Virus record (IMG/VR): IMGVR_UViG_3300032954_000041
Location: 1-40,360 of that record
Origin: a virus
Taxonomy: Duplodnaviria > Caudoviricetes
Reading direction: 5' to 3' (one strand)
DNA: 40,360 nucleotides
Positions 24,137 through 32,970 of the stretch are shown here, piece by piece. Below the pieces are notes generated by a model that saw nothing but the letters and a program-made list of their open reading frames with translations, was not told the origin of the DNA and made no database searches. The first letter of the stretch is position 1. Each line of letters begins with the position of its first letter. The translations under genes and the position numbers were made by a program.

Positions 24137-24895
24137 ATGCACGATCCAATGACGACATCTCCTATAACGCCGTACCAAGCGGAGGCGCAGAAACTAATTC
24201 GGACTCCGCACGTCTACGTGGCGATCAACGCCGTCCTCGCTGACCTCGGCCGAGAGGGCATCAGCAAGGACCGCAAGAACGCTCAGCAGGGCTATCAGTT
24301 TCGGGGCATTGACGATGTGTACGCTGCCCTGAACCCCGCGCTGGCGCGTCACGAGCTCTGCATCCTGCCTCGTGTCATGGGAAGAACCGTGACCGAGCAG
24401 CAGTCCAAGAGCGGCGGCACGCTGTTCTACGTGGTGCTGGACGTGGAGTTTGACCTCGTATCTGCCGCCGATGGGTCGAAGCACACCGTCCGGGCGGCCG
24501 GTGAGGCGATGGACTCGGGCGACAAGGCCACGAACAAGGCGATGTCGGCCGCCTACAAGTACATGGCGATGCAGACGTTCTGCATCCCGACCGAGGGCGA
24601 CAACGATGCCGACGCGACCACCCATCAGGTGGTCCGCTCCATGGCCGACCGTTCCGGCCGCCCCGACACAGCCGCCGTCGCTCAGGACACCGTGCGCAAG
24701 TGGACCAAAGCCTTCAGGGACGCGCTGGCTGACCGCAACGATGAGCGGGTGTGCAAGGGGCTGGATGACCTGAACGCCGATCAGGAGACCTATACGGCGG
24801 TCTGGGACGCACTGGAGCCGAAGGAGCGCGGCAACATCCTCGACGCGGCCAACCGGGCGCGGACTGCCCGTGCTGCGGTGCGCAAGGCGTTCTGA
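24137..24895 (+). CDS. erf: Erf-family single-strand annealing protein (recombinase)
   Basis: 'ISKDRKNAQQGYQFRGIDDVY', 'GEAMDSGDKATNKAMSAAYKY...FCIPTEGDNDAD'. Start is uncertain (24137 has a GAGGA RBS). Confidence 0.88.
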   Translation: MHDPMTTSPITPYQAEAQKLIRTPHVYVAINAVLADLGREGISKDRKNAQQGYQFRGIDDVYAALNPALARHELCILPRVMGRTVTEQQSKSGGTLFYVVLDVEFDLVSAADGSKHTVRAAGEAMDSGDKATNKAMSAAYKYMAMQTFCIPTEGDNDADATTHQVVRSMADRSGRPDTAAVAQDTVRKWTKAFRDALADRNDERVCKGLDDLNADQETYTAVWDALEPKERGNILDAANRARTARAAVRKAF

Positions 24896-25221
24896 TGGCC
24901 TCTGACCCCATCACTACGGAACGGATGGAGGCCGCGATGGAGTTCCTGGCGGACTCCGACGACGTGTACGCGCAGGAGAAGATGGAACTGGAGCGCGCCG
25001 AGATCTGCAGAAAGCGGGTCCGTGCGCGTATCTTTCAGATTTCCGAGGGGACTGTCGCAGAGCGGCAGGCGAGCGCAGAGACCTCGCCCGACACCATCGC
25101 CGAGGATGAGCGCTACATCGCCTGCGTCAAGGCGTTCGAGACCGTCCGCGCCAAGCGCCAGCGCGCGGAGCTGCTGATCGAGGTCTGGCGCTCGATCAAT
25201 GCTAGCCAGAGGCGAGCATGA
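24895..25221 (+). CDS. Conserved helical protein next to the recombinase (possible UvsY-like mediator)
   Basis: 'GTVAERQASA...Y...IEVWRSINASQR' type sequence. TGATG coupling. Confidence 0.6.
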   Translation: MASDPITTERMEAAMEFLADSDDVYAQEKMELERAEICRKRVRARIFQISEGTVAERQASAETSPDTIAEDERYIACVKAFETVRAKRQRAELLIEVWRSINASQRRA

Positions 25222-25415
25222 ACGTCGACGAAGCCTTGGCCCGCTCGCGCCTGCTCACGCTCACGGACGGCGAGGTCATCGCCGCCATCGACGCCAAACA
25301 ACTCAAGGGCAGCGTGCGTAAGGCGCTGCCCGGATTGCAGACCGTCGCCTACGTTTCACAAGGCGACTACGACGATTGGAAACACCAACACCAAAAGGGG
25401 ACGACCGATGCTTAA
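25218..25415 (+). CDS. Hypothetical protein
   Basis: ATGA coupling. Confidence 0.5.
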   Translation: MNVDEALARSRLLTLTDGEVIAAIDAKQLKGSVRKALPGLQTVAYVSQGDYDDWKHQHQKGTTDA

Positions 25416-25758
25416 GTTCTTCGCGCTGATGCTGATTACCGCAACCGCCCTCGCCGACGCACCGCTCGCGGTGCCAACGGTGTTCGCGACCGCGCCGTAC
25501 CTCGCGACCATCTGCATGAACAACGCTCCGGATTCAGCCGTTGCAGGCACCTCGACCGACGTCGTTGCCGGCACGATCAGCGGCACGGCATCGTTCAGCC
25601 AGTTCGACTGCCGGCTGCGCGTGCACTCCGGGCGTGGACCCGGCTATCGCATCGCGTCCGGCTGCGCCGAGGTCGTGTGGAACGCGAGCGACGGCAGCAT
25701 CGTGAGCATCACGCCGACGCAACTGGTTTTCGGCACTTACCAGCAGATCAGTTGCTGA
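25408..25758 (+). CDS. Putative secreted/periplasmic protein
   Basis: Signal peptide MLKFFALMLITATALA. Four Cys residues. Confidence 0.6.
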   Translation: MLKFFALMLITATALADAPLAVPTVFATAPYLATICMNNAPDSAVAGTSTDVVAGTISGTASFSQFDCRLRVHSGRGPGYRIASGCAEVVWNASDGSIVSITPTQLVFGTYQQISC

Positions 25759-25796
25759 GCTGTCTACGGAACAGCACAACATTCTGAGGAGACAAC

Positions 25797-26429
25797 GTGA
25801 AATTTGAGATCAAGTCGCGATTCTCGGGCGCTGTGCTGTTCTCGCTTGAGACGGATAGCCTGAAACTCTGTGTCGAGGCAGCGGTAAAGTCCGGCGCGAA
25901 CCTGTCCGGCGCGGACCTGCGCGGCGCGCACCTGTACGGCGCGGACCTGCGCGGCGCGCACCTGTACGGCGCGGACCTGCGCGGCGCGCACCTGTACGGC
26001 GCGGACCTGCGCGGCGCGGACCTGTCCGGCGCGGACCTGTTCGGCGCGGACCTGTCCGGCGCGGACCTGTCCGGCGCGGACCTGTTCGGCGCGGACCTGT
26101 TCGGCGCGAACCTGTTCGGCGCGAACCTGTCCGGCGCGTGCCTGCACGGCGCGTACCGAAAGACAAAGATTACGCTTGTCGGTGATCGTCCGTTCTTCAC
26201 GACCGGCCCAATAGGCTCTCGCAACGCGATGCTGCAAGCGTTTCTGACGGACGCGGGCGTCTACGTGCGCGCCGGGTGCTTCTGGGACACGCTGGACGAG
26301 TTCAGGAAGGCTGTAGCCAATACTCATCCAAGCGGGGTACACGCTGAGGAATACAAGGCAGCGATTGCCGCGATTGCGTGGCACGCGCACCTTTGGATGC
26401 CGAAGGCGGATGCGGTCAAGGTTGCATAG
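25797..26429 (+). CDS. Pentapeptide repeat protein
   Basis: Tandem A(D/N/H)LxG repeats encoded by a 15-nt array at about 25893-26153. C-term '[12 protein letters not shown]...THP'. GAGGAG RBS. Confidence 0.92.
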   Translation: MKFEIKSRFSGAVLFSLETDSLKLCVEAAVKSGANLSGADLRGAHLYGADLRGAHLYGADLRGAHLYGADLRGADLSGADLFGADLSGADLSGADLFGADLFGANLFGANLSGACLHGAYRKTKITLVGDRPFFTTGPIGSRNAMLQAFLTDAGVYVRAGCFWDTLDEFRKAVANTHPSGVHAEEYKAAIAAIAWHAHLWMPKADAVKVA

Positions 26430-26456
26430 AGCAGCTTCTCTACGGGACGCGTAACG

Positions 26457-26645
26457 ATGAGCGAACTTCTTGAAACTGCCGAGCACTTCTACGCCTGCGC
26501 CCGTCATGTGCGGCACCACATCGCACAACTCGAGCATCACGCGGAATTCATGGAGCGCACGGCCGACATGCTCTCTGAGCAGAACATGAAGCTACAGCCA
26601 ATGCCTAGCGCAACGTCTTCGTCGACAGAGGGGCCAGCGAAGTGA
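26457..26645 (+). CDS. Hypothetical protein ending TEGPAK
   Basis: Coupled to the next gene. Confidence 0.5.
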   Translation: MSELLETAEHFYACARHVRHHIAQLEHHAEFMERTADMLSEQNMKLQPMPSATSSSTEGPAK

Positions 26646-26827
26646 AGCCAATAATCGAGCAGTACTACGACCCGGCGACGGAGTGCCAGTTCGTGCGTCT
26701 CTGTCTGCCGATGCAGTACCTGGTAGCAGTCAAGCGCCCGCGCATTCACTTGTTCTGGCAACTCGTCAAGATCTGCTGGGCCGGCTGCTTTATGCGAGCA
26801 ACTCCAGTGCGAGGTGCGGGGCGATGA
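26642..26827 (+). CDS. Hypothetical protein
   Basis: GTGA coupling. Confidence 0.5.
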   Translation: MKPIIEQYYDPATECQFVRLCLPMQYLVAVKRPRIHLFWQLVKICWAGCFMRATPVRGAGR

Positions 26828-27030
26828 GTGACGTGAAGCGCGAATGCATCCAAATTGGATCGTCGTCGGCGATGTACGTCCTCGCCTCCGACTACGACGT
26901 CCTCGCCGCCGAGCTGGCCGAGGCGAAGCGCGAACTCGAAAAGGCTGATGGCAGTATTGACCGTCAGGCAGAGCAGATCGACGCGCTGCGGGCTAAATTG
27001 ATAGCACTCGGAGTCGACCCAGATGCATAA
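26824..27030 (+). CDS. Small coiled-coil protein
   Basis: ATGA coupling. Contains 'YVLASDYDVLAAEL'. Confidence 0.55.
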   Translation: MSDVKRECIQIGSSSAMYVLASDYDVLAAELAEAKRELEKADGSIDRQAEQIDALRAKLIALGVDPDA

Positions 27031-27319
27031 GTCTGAGTACGTCAGATCCTACCGCGAGCGTAACGCCGAGAAGGAACGTCAACGGCATCGTCTTAAGCGT
27101 GAGCGTCTAGGGTGTGCAAAGGTCCGCGACCCTGCGAAAGAGAAGGCGCGGCATGCCGTCAGGAATGCGGTGCAGGCCGGAAAGATCATCAAGCCGACCG
27201 AGTGCCCGTCCTGTGGAGTTGCAGCTGTTCTTCACGCCCACCATAAGGACTACAGCAAACCGATGGTGTTCACTTGGATCTGTGCCACTTGCCACGGCAA
27301 GGAGCATCGCAATGACTAA
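27023..27319 (+). CDS. Small HNH-like zinc-binding protein
   Basis: 'KARHAVRNAVQAGKIIKP..CPSCG...HAHHKDYSKP..FTWICATCH..EH'. Confidence 0.75.
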   Translation: MHKSEYVRSYRERNAEKERQRHRLKRERLGCAKVRDPAKEKARHAVRNAVQAGKIIKPTECPSCGVAAVLHAHHKDYSKPMVFTWICATCHGKEHRND

Positions 27320-27479
27320 CGAAGAACGCTATCGGGCGGCGCTGGAGCGAATAGCGAATATGCCACTGCTACATAATCAGGCCAGTGATCATACGATGCG
27401 GGCCATCGCCCGCGAAGCCCTGCGCGGCACAGAGCGCACAGCTGACCAGCCGAAGCCTGCTCTGCCTGTGGAGGGCTGA
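27312..27479 (+). CDS. Hypothetical protein
   Basis: AAGGAG RBS. Contains 'YRAALERIA...MRAIAREAL'. Confidence 0.6.
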   Translation: MTNEERYRAALERIANMPLLHNQASDHTMRAIAREALRGTERTADQPKPALPVEG

Positions 27480-28054
27480 TGCCGCGTTGGAAGCCAATGA
27501 CGGATGCTGACTACCTTTCGAAGCTGCGCGGTCGGTCTGTTATCACCACATCAGGGTGTTGGGAGCATCAAAGCTTTCGACGCCCATCGAAGCGCATGAA
27601 CAATCAGGCCCAAGGCTACGCGGATGTTTCCTACCGCGGGAAGACGTGGCGCGCGCATCGGCTCGCCTACGTCCTGGCGAAAGGCCCGGTTCCTGCCGGT
27701 ATGGTCGTATCACACGTTTGCGATAACCCGCCGTGCTGTAACCCAGACCATTTGGTGGCCCGTACCGAGAAGGGGAATATGCGCGATGCGGTTGCAAAAG
27801 GTCGTCTCGCGCAGCAGCGTAAGACACACTGCAAGCATGGGCATGAATACACGCCAGAGAATACATTCCGGCCTCCCAGTGCGCCTCAAAAGCGGAACTG
27901 CAAAACTTGCCAGCGGATCAGGCATCGCCTGAATTCTGGTTGGCCACCAGAGAAGGCAGTGACGCTCCCGAGGACGCCACACGGGTATCGCCCAGTCGCC
28001 GGATTCTCAAAACGTCACACTTCTCAAACGTCCGAGCATCAGGAGAAGCCTTAA
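27479..28054 (+). CDS. HNH homing endonuclease
   Basis: 'GCWE...AHRLAY...VSHVCDNPPCCNPDHL...N.RD..KGR', followed by 'KTHCKHGHEYTPENT...CKTC'. Confidence 0.88.
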   Translation: MPRWKPMTDADYLSKLRGRSVITTSGCWEHQSFRRPSKRMNNQAQGYADVSYRGKTWRAHRLAYVLAKGPVPAGMVVSHVCDNPPCCNPDHLVARTEKGNMRDAVAKGRLAQQRKTHCKHGHEYTPENTFRPPSAPQKRNCKTCQRIRHRLNSGWPPEKAVTLPRTPHGYRPVAGFSKRHTSQTSEHQEKP

Positions 28055-28151
28055 TGCGCGTGCTGTGGGATTTCCTGAAACTTCCGATGGCCATCCTGCT
28101 CGTTTCGGCCCTGATCGTCTATGCGTCCCTTTTATTGTCAGGCGCTCTCAC

Positions 28152-28439
28152 ATGAAGAAAGCTGCGCCGCCTATTCGCTGGCGACCGATTGAAACGGCCC
28201 CGAAGGACGGTCAGCACGTTCTCGTCGCAGACTTTTCAATCGGCGCGATCGGCTTCGGCTACTGGCACGGTAAGCGCGAGCCAGTGGCGATGATGACCGT
28301 CGCGCACTATTGGAGCCACCCAGGCGAGGAAGGATGGTATGCGAGCGTCGATTCTGCTGGCGAGCATCCGCTGCTGGTGACGCACTGGCAGCCGTTGCCA
28401 GATCCCCTCAGTACCGGGTTCGGCGGTTCTGGCGTCTGA
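28152..28439 (+). CDS. DUF551-like phage protein
   Basis: 'WRPIETAPKDG..VLV...THWQPLPDP'. Confidence 0.8.
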   Translation: MKKAAPPIRWRPIETAPKDGQHVLVADFSIGAIGFGYWHGKREPVAMMTVAHYWSHPGEEGWYASVDSAGEHPLLVTHWQPLPDPLSTGFGGSGV

Positions 28440-28526
28440 TAGAGCACACAGCAGTTATTAAAACAGGCGCGCTATGAATGAGCCGGAACAGCGACCGACT
28501 GAGGCCGTGAACGAGGGGCAACCAAA

Positions 28527-28796
28527 ATGAGCGCGCAACGGAATTACAGAGCCGACCTGTGGCAAGCCTTGGCGGACTGGAAGGACGCTGGCGGCTCAAT
28601 TGCCGATGTCGTTGCGGCTATCGATGCCTTCGTGCAATCGAAGATCGATCGCGCGGCTGACCAGCCGAAGGTTGCGCTACCTAAATACCACCCCGGCACC
28701 TGCCCGGATTGCGGCGTGTCTAGGGTGGCAGGCTGCCTTTCGGCAGATTGCCCGATGAGACTTTCTGTTCCAGCGACAGAGGGGCCGGCAAAGTGA
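28527..28796 (+). CDS. Mosaic hypothetical protein with CxxC, ending TEGPAK
   Basis: GAGG RBS. Contains the ADQPK linker also seen at 27441. Confidence 0.55.
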   Translation: MSAQRNYRADLWQALADWKDAGGSIADVVAAIDAFVQSKIDRAADQPKVALPKYHPGTCPDCGVSRVAGCLSADCPMRLSVPATEGPAK

Positions 28797-28975
28797 TACG
28801 CAAATGCTGCGATTGCGACACGCCTCTCACCGAGGAAGAGGTCCACTACTACCAGGGACGCTGCGAGCAGTGCGAAAAGGACTTGCTCGCCGATCAGATG
28901 GCCGAGTGCAAGTGCGGATTTCCAGATCATCATGCTGTGCAACAGACTTCGCAACGAACGGAGGGGAAGCCGTGA
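28793..28975 (+). CDS. Small zinc-finger protein
   Basis: GTGA coupling. CCDC, CEQC and CKC motifs. Confidence 0.55.
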   Translation: MIRKCCDCDTPLTEEEVHYYQGRCEQCEKDLLADQMAECKCGFPDHHAVQQTSQRTEGKP

Positions 28976-29196
28976 TCCGTATGTACTGCGATGGCTGTGG
29001 TAAAGAGATAAGCCGCAACTATGTTTCTGAGCGGTTCAGACCGTCTCGGTACTTCGTAACTCCGGGCCGCTATAGCGGCGAAAACATCGCCGCCGAGATA
29101 CTCCTTAAGGTCGGGACTACTTGGAATGCCGGACACGTTTGCCGCGAATGCATGACGCTCTTAATTACCGACTCACAATGTGAGCTACGGTCATGA
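28972..29196 (+). CDS. Small zinc-finger protein
   Basis: GTGA coupling and a GGAGG RBS. CDGC...CREC. Confidence 0.6.
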   Translation: MIRMYCDGCGKEISRNYVSERFRPSRYFVTPGRYSGENIAAEILLKVGTTWNAGHVCRECMTLLITDSQCELRS

Positions 29197-29382
29197 AAGG
29201 AAACGAGCGCCAAGTTGAGAGCGCTGCGGCCATCAAGGCTTGGGGGATCATTCTGACTTCTTGCCCGGCCCGCACTGGCTACCGTAATGCTGCAAGGCAT
29301 CACTGGGAGAGATTGTCCAGAGATCCGCCTTATTCATGGCGCTGCAGATTGTGCGGCTCTCTGATATGAAACCTCCTGCTCT

Positions 29383-29577
29383 ATGAGTTGCCCGATCCAC
29401 GGCGAATGCCCAATTTGCCGCGCGCAACGGTTGCTCGGCGATCCGCGCGAAGGCGTCCATATTCCGTTGGCCGATTGGCTTCTGTGCCCGAAGTGCGGAG
29501 CACACTACCCGTCGTGGGGATACTGCACTGCCTGCAACCCAAACGGACTACCTGTTAACTATACGGAAGGTCAGTGA
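29383..29577 (+). CDS. Small zinc-finger protein
   Basis: CPIH/CPIC, CPKC and CTAC motifs. Confidence 0.5.
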   Translation: MSCPIHGECPICRAQRLLGDPREGVHIPLADWLLCPKCGAHYPSWGYCTACNPNGLPVNYTEGQ

Positions 29578-29777
29578 GCGCATTCGACAGCCCAACGCCC
29601 AAAGGTCAAGCGCCGCTATGGCTGCGGCTTACGGATGCGGACTACGAGCGGCTGGCGCTGCGGTTGTGGTGGGATGCCTACATGCACGAGCCGCTGGCTC
29701 ACTTGCCGTCCTTGCCTGACGACAGCGCGCCTGCGACTGACGGCGCGATCTTCTCCAAGGACCGGCCGGCGACGTAG
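29574..29777 (+). CDS. Hypothetical protein, last gene of the early arm
   Basis: GTGA coupling. Overlaps the convergent holin gene. Confidence 0.4.
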   Translation: MSAFDSPTPKGQAPLWLRLTDADYERLALRLWWDAYMHEPLAHLPSLPDDSAPATDGAIFSKDRPAT

Positions 29778-30115
29778 CCGCCGAGTCCGATCTGCAGCAG
29801 CGTCCACGCCTGCGACGCTAGCCTGAACGGCAGCCAGCCGAAGCTGTCGCAGACGACGAGGACCAGGAACGTCAGCATCGTGATCGGCCGCCATGAGCGC
29901 TGCAGCCACGAGTTGCCCTGCGCCTCGGCGGTGATGATCTGGGCCTGCGCCGCGAGCAGCTGCTTCTCGTAGTCCATCAGCGAGGCTGCGGCCTGCATCT
30001 GGCCTTCGAGGATCTTCTGCTGCAGCTGGATCTTCGCATCGCCTGATGGCAGGATGTGGTCGATCACGTCCGAGATCGGCTTGAAGATCGCCCCAATGAC
30101 ATCGAGCACGCCCAT
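29699..30115 (-). CDS. Holin-like protein (3TM/GTA-holin family)
   Basis: 'EAQGNSWLQRSWRP', 'LLQIGLGGYVAGRSLEK'. GAGG RBS. Confidence 0.8.
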   Translation of the reverse strand: MGVLDVIGAIFKPISDVIDHILPSGDAKIQLQQKILEGQMQAAASLMDYEKQLLAAQAQIITAEAQGNSWLQRSWRPITMLTFLVLVVCDSFGWLPFRLASQAWTLLQIGLGGYVAGRSLEKIAPSVAGALSSGKDGK

Positions 30116-30117
30116 AG

Positions 30118-30396
30118 TTACCTCGGCTTGTCCTCGCTCGTGCGCTGACGCTGAAACCAGAACCCCACGATCGTCCCGAGCTGCGCGGTCAGGAACACGA
30201 GCAGCATCTTGAAGGCGTCCTCGAGCTGGTCCGTGACCTGTATACGGCCGTGGCTGAATTCCCAGAGGAGCATGAAGTAGCCGGCCGAGAACATGATGCT
30301 GAGGACGATTTGCGCATAGGCGGTGGCGCGATGCGTCAGGCGCGCGATGGCGAACTTGTGCTTCGTTACGGGTTTTGTGCTGACGCGATGGCGCAT
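30118..30396 (-). CDS. Two-TM membrane protein in the lysis module
   Basis: Two hydrophobic segments and 'LGTIVGFWF'. Start is uncertain. Confidence 0.6.
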   Translation of the reverse strand: MRHRVSTKPVTKHKFAIARLTHRATAYAQIVLSIMFSAGYFMLLWEFSHGRIQVTDQLEDAFKMLLVFLTAQLGTIVGFWFQRQRTSEDKPR

Positions 30397-30791
30397 CGCA
30401 GCACCCGGTTCGTCCAGCCATGACCGTACGTCGGCCACGCGCTGAAACTTGAGTAAACGACCAGCCGCTCGCTGAGTAGATGCACGACGAACTCTGACCC
30501 TACACTGGCGGCCTTTATGAACGTCTGCGCGCGTCCGATCCCGCAGTTTACGGCGGTATCGAGGATCGCCAGCGCCTCGCCCTGCGGCCGGCTGTCGAGG
30601 TTTAGCGCATCCCAGTAGTCGCGCTTGTAGATCGCCTTAGCGTCGTCCACGGTTAGGTTCGCGATGTCGAGCGTCGGGTAGGCGCGCTTGCTGATGCCGA
30701 ACTTCGTCTCACCGCCCGGATCGCGCGAATCGTTACTGTAGCCGCCCTCCTGAGCGAGCACGAAGGCAATGGCGGCGTCGAAGTCGCTCAT
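30366..30791 (-). CDS. Endolysin, glycosyl hydrolase family 108
   Basis: 'FDAAIAFVLAQEGGYSNDSRDPGGETKFGIS...AKAIYKRDYW', 'DTAVNCG', 'YGHGWTNR'. Confidence 0.92.
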   Translation of the reverse strand: MSDFDAAIAFVLAQEGGYSNDSRDPGGETKFGISKRAYPTLDIANLTVDDAKAIYKRDYWDALNLDSRPQGEALAILDTAVNCGIGRAQTFIKAASVGSEFVVHLLSERLVVYSSFSAWPTYGHGWTNRVLRCAIASAQNP

Positions 30792-31003
30792 TCCTTCTCC
30801 GCCTCCGCCCTGCCCTCCAGCCGCGCCAGCCGCTCGCTGTGGTTGTCGAGCTTCGCGTCTATGCGGTCGAGCGTGTCGCTCAGGCGGCCTAGGCCGGCCT
30901 TCATGATCCATCCGTAGCCGCCAGCGACAAGCGCGGCGAACCAGCCGCCGTGTGTCGCCAAGGCGTCACCGACGTCCATGGCTATCTTTTCCTCATCGCT
31001 CAT
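30788..31003 (-). CDS. Single-TM coiled-coil protein (lysis module)
   Basis: Hydrophobic segment followed by 'LDRIDAKLD..SERLARLEG'. ATGA coupling. Confidence 0.65.
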   Translation of the reverse strand: MSDEEKIAMDVGDALATHGGWFAALVAGGYGWIMKAGLGRLSDTLDRIDAKLDNHSERLARLEGRAEAEKE

Positions 31004-31140
31004 TTCTTCGCATCAGCGACGGTCTTCTGCACGTCGAGCACGACGGCGTCAGCCTTCGCGCCGAGCTTCTTGTGGCCGAGCCACCCGCCGCCGAGGCCGA
31101 CGACGAGCGCGATAGCGTGAGTGAGGATGGTCGTAAGCAT
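31000..31140 (-). CDS. Small single-TM protein (46 aa, not in the ORF track)
   Basis: AAGGAG RBS. Reads MLTTILTHAIALVVGLGGGWLGHKKL... Confidence 0.65.
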   Translation of the reverse strand: MLTTILTHAIALVVGLGGGWLGHKKLGAKADAVVLDVQKTVADAKK

Positions 31141-31149
31141 GGGGACTCC

Positions 31150-32970
31150 TTAGTAACCGCACTCGTTCCAGATGGTCACGGTGCGCAGGCTGATCTGATC
31201 GCCGCTACCGTTGATCGTCTCGTTGATGGTTAGCGTGCCGTTCGTCGGGGTTATCGAGCGCGAACCCTGCGCCACGAGCATCGCCTGCCCGTTCTGCACC
31301 ATCGTCGCCTCGTAGCTCTGCGCGTTCGTGCCGGTGGCGTAACATTCGCAGTCGAACACGAAATCGCCGACCGCCGCCGCGATGGTCGTGAAGCCGGCCA
31401 CGGCTGAGCCATCAAGGTTCAGGGTGATATTCTTCGTGCCGTTCGTGCCGGTCATCGTTCCGACGATGCGCACGCGGAAGTTCTTGGCGGACGTATTGAA
31501 ACCGAGCGCCCCTATGGCGCCCGTATAGGTCTTGATGACTGTCGAGCCGAGTACACCGGTCTGCGTATTGAACGTCGCGTCCACGGGCTGGCGGCGCGGG
31601 ATGGTCCACGAACCCTGCCGCTGGAACTCGCCGCAGCCGCCATACTGCAGGACATCGGTGCCGTTCCCAGAGCCGAACAACGCGCTGGTGCCGTTGTCGT
31701 TCCAGTTTGAGCCGTCACGCACCCTGATCGCGCAGGTCGCGTTGTTGGTGATTGCACTGAAATTGCAGTTGGCGCGCGAGGAACAGACGATGTCGATGCC
31801 AACCGCGCAGTTGTTGATGCCGGCATAGTCGACGTGCCCGGTGGCGTTCTCCTGCAGCAGGATGCCGGCCTGCGAGCAGCCATTGATATATGGCCCGACG
31901 TTCGCCTGCCCGGCGTTGCCGCTCGTGGCCGTGGTCGAGCAGTTGTAGCCGATCGAGTGCGTCTCGCCTGAGATGCAGGTGATGCCGACCACGCCGCCGC
32001 TGATCTTGCAGGCCTGGCCCATGTAGATGCGGCCCTGCTGTTCCTTGATGGCGTTGTCGACGTTGCTGAGCTGTACGTTGCTGACGAGGAACAGCTCGCT
32101 GAACTCCTGCGCGACGATGCCGTAGCACGTGCCGGCATTGGCGAAGTTCTGGATCAGTACGTCCTGCAGCGATACGGTGTTGTTGCCATTGCAATTGACT
32201 GCGAAGGCATTCGTCCCGGCGCCGGTGCCATCGAGGATGGTCGTCGGCGTGAACGGCAGCGTGCCGGCAGCGCCCTTGATCTGCACGTAGTTGAGCGACT
32301 GCAGGCCGGCCGGAAAGCTCGCCCCGGACGGCATCGTATACGTGCCCGCGGCGACGTTGATCTTCCACGTCCCGCCGAGCAGCGGCCCCCAATTGGTGAG
32401 TGCCGTAATGGCTGCCTGCAGCGTCAGGAACGCCTGCGACGTGCCAAGGCCGTCATTCGAATCATTGCCGCCGGTGCCGACGTAGACGTTGTTCGTCTGC
32501 GAGGCTGTCGGCCTCAGATAGAAGGACGTACCGCTCCGCGTGATGATGCCGGTGCAGTTCGCCTTGGGCGCCGTGTGGAAGTTGGCAACGGTCGCCGAAG
32601 TCAGGTACGTCGAGGCACCATAGACCGGCGCACCGCCGGCCTGGACTGCCTGCAGGCAGGCTGCGGCAACCGCCGCCGTCATGTCCGTCGTGCCCGGTAC
32701 GGTGTTGGTGCCGTAGCGGTCGATTACCCCAGCGGCATACGCATAGTTCGCCGGCGTCACGCCGGCCGCCGACTCGGCGGCGGTGATCTTCCAGTAGCCG
32801 ATATTCCCAGCATTCGTGTAGTCGATCGCCGGGGACAAAGCCTGCAGCATTTGCTGCCAGCTGTTGAACTGGTTTAGGATCTGCTGCCAATCCCCCTGGG
32901 ACTGCGGCAAATTCTGGTTGAGCAGTGCCGGCTGCGGATTCGTGGTCGGCGTGGTGGAAGCGAGGGTCAT
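31150..32970 (-). CDS. Tailspike/tail fibre with a beta-helix
   Basis: 'ITAAESAAGVTPANYAY..G.IDRYG....TDMTAA', 'VYVGTGGNDSNDGL....AFLTLQAAI', 'INVAAGTY' and Asn/Cys ladders. Follows the ejection genes. Confidence 0.8.
   Translation of the reverse strand: MTLASTTPTTNPQPALLNQNLPQSQGDWQQILNQFNSWQQMLQALSPAIDYTNAGNIGYWKITAAESAAGVTPANYAYAAGVIDRYGTNTVPGTTDMTAAVAAACLQAVQAGGAPVYGASTYLTSATVANFHTAPKANCTGIITRSGTSFYLRPTASQTNNVYVGTGGNDSNDGLGTSQAFLTLQAAITALTNWGPLLGGTWKINVAAGTYTMPSGASFPAGLQSLNYVQIKGAAGTLPFTPTTILDGTGAGTNAFAVNCNGNNTVSLQDVLIQNFANAGTCYGIVAQEFSELFLVSNVQLSNVDNAIKEQQGRIYMGQACKISGGVVGITCISGETHSIGYNCSTTATSGNAGQANVGPYINGCSQAGILLQENATGHVDYAGINNCAVGIDIVCSSRANCNFSAITNNATCAIRVRDGSNWNDNGTSALFGSGNGTDVLQYGGCGEFQRQGSWTIPRRQPVDATFNTQTGVLGSTVIKTYTGAIGALGFNTSAKNFRVRIVGTMTGTNGTKNITLNLDGSAVAGFTTIAAAVGDFVFDCECYATGTNAQSYEATMVQNGQAMLVAQGSRSITPTNGTLTINETINGSGDQISLRTVTIWNECGY

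Noticed and set aside
24043-24243. Overlapping ORF MSKMAERWADL...
   Set aside because: It overlaps both the zinc-finger gene and erf substantially. It could be real but cannot be supported from sequence alone.
21755-26153. Tandem arrays as CRISPR or DGR repeats
   Set aside because: They are in-frame coding repeats without spacers. No cas or reverse transcriptase gene, and no adenine-specific TR/VR pair, is visible.
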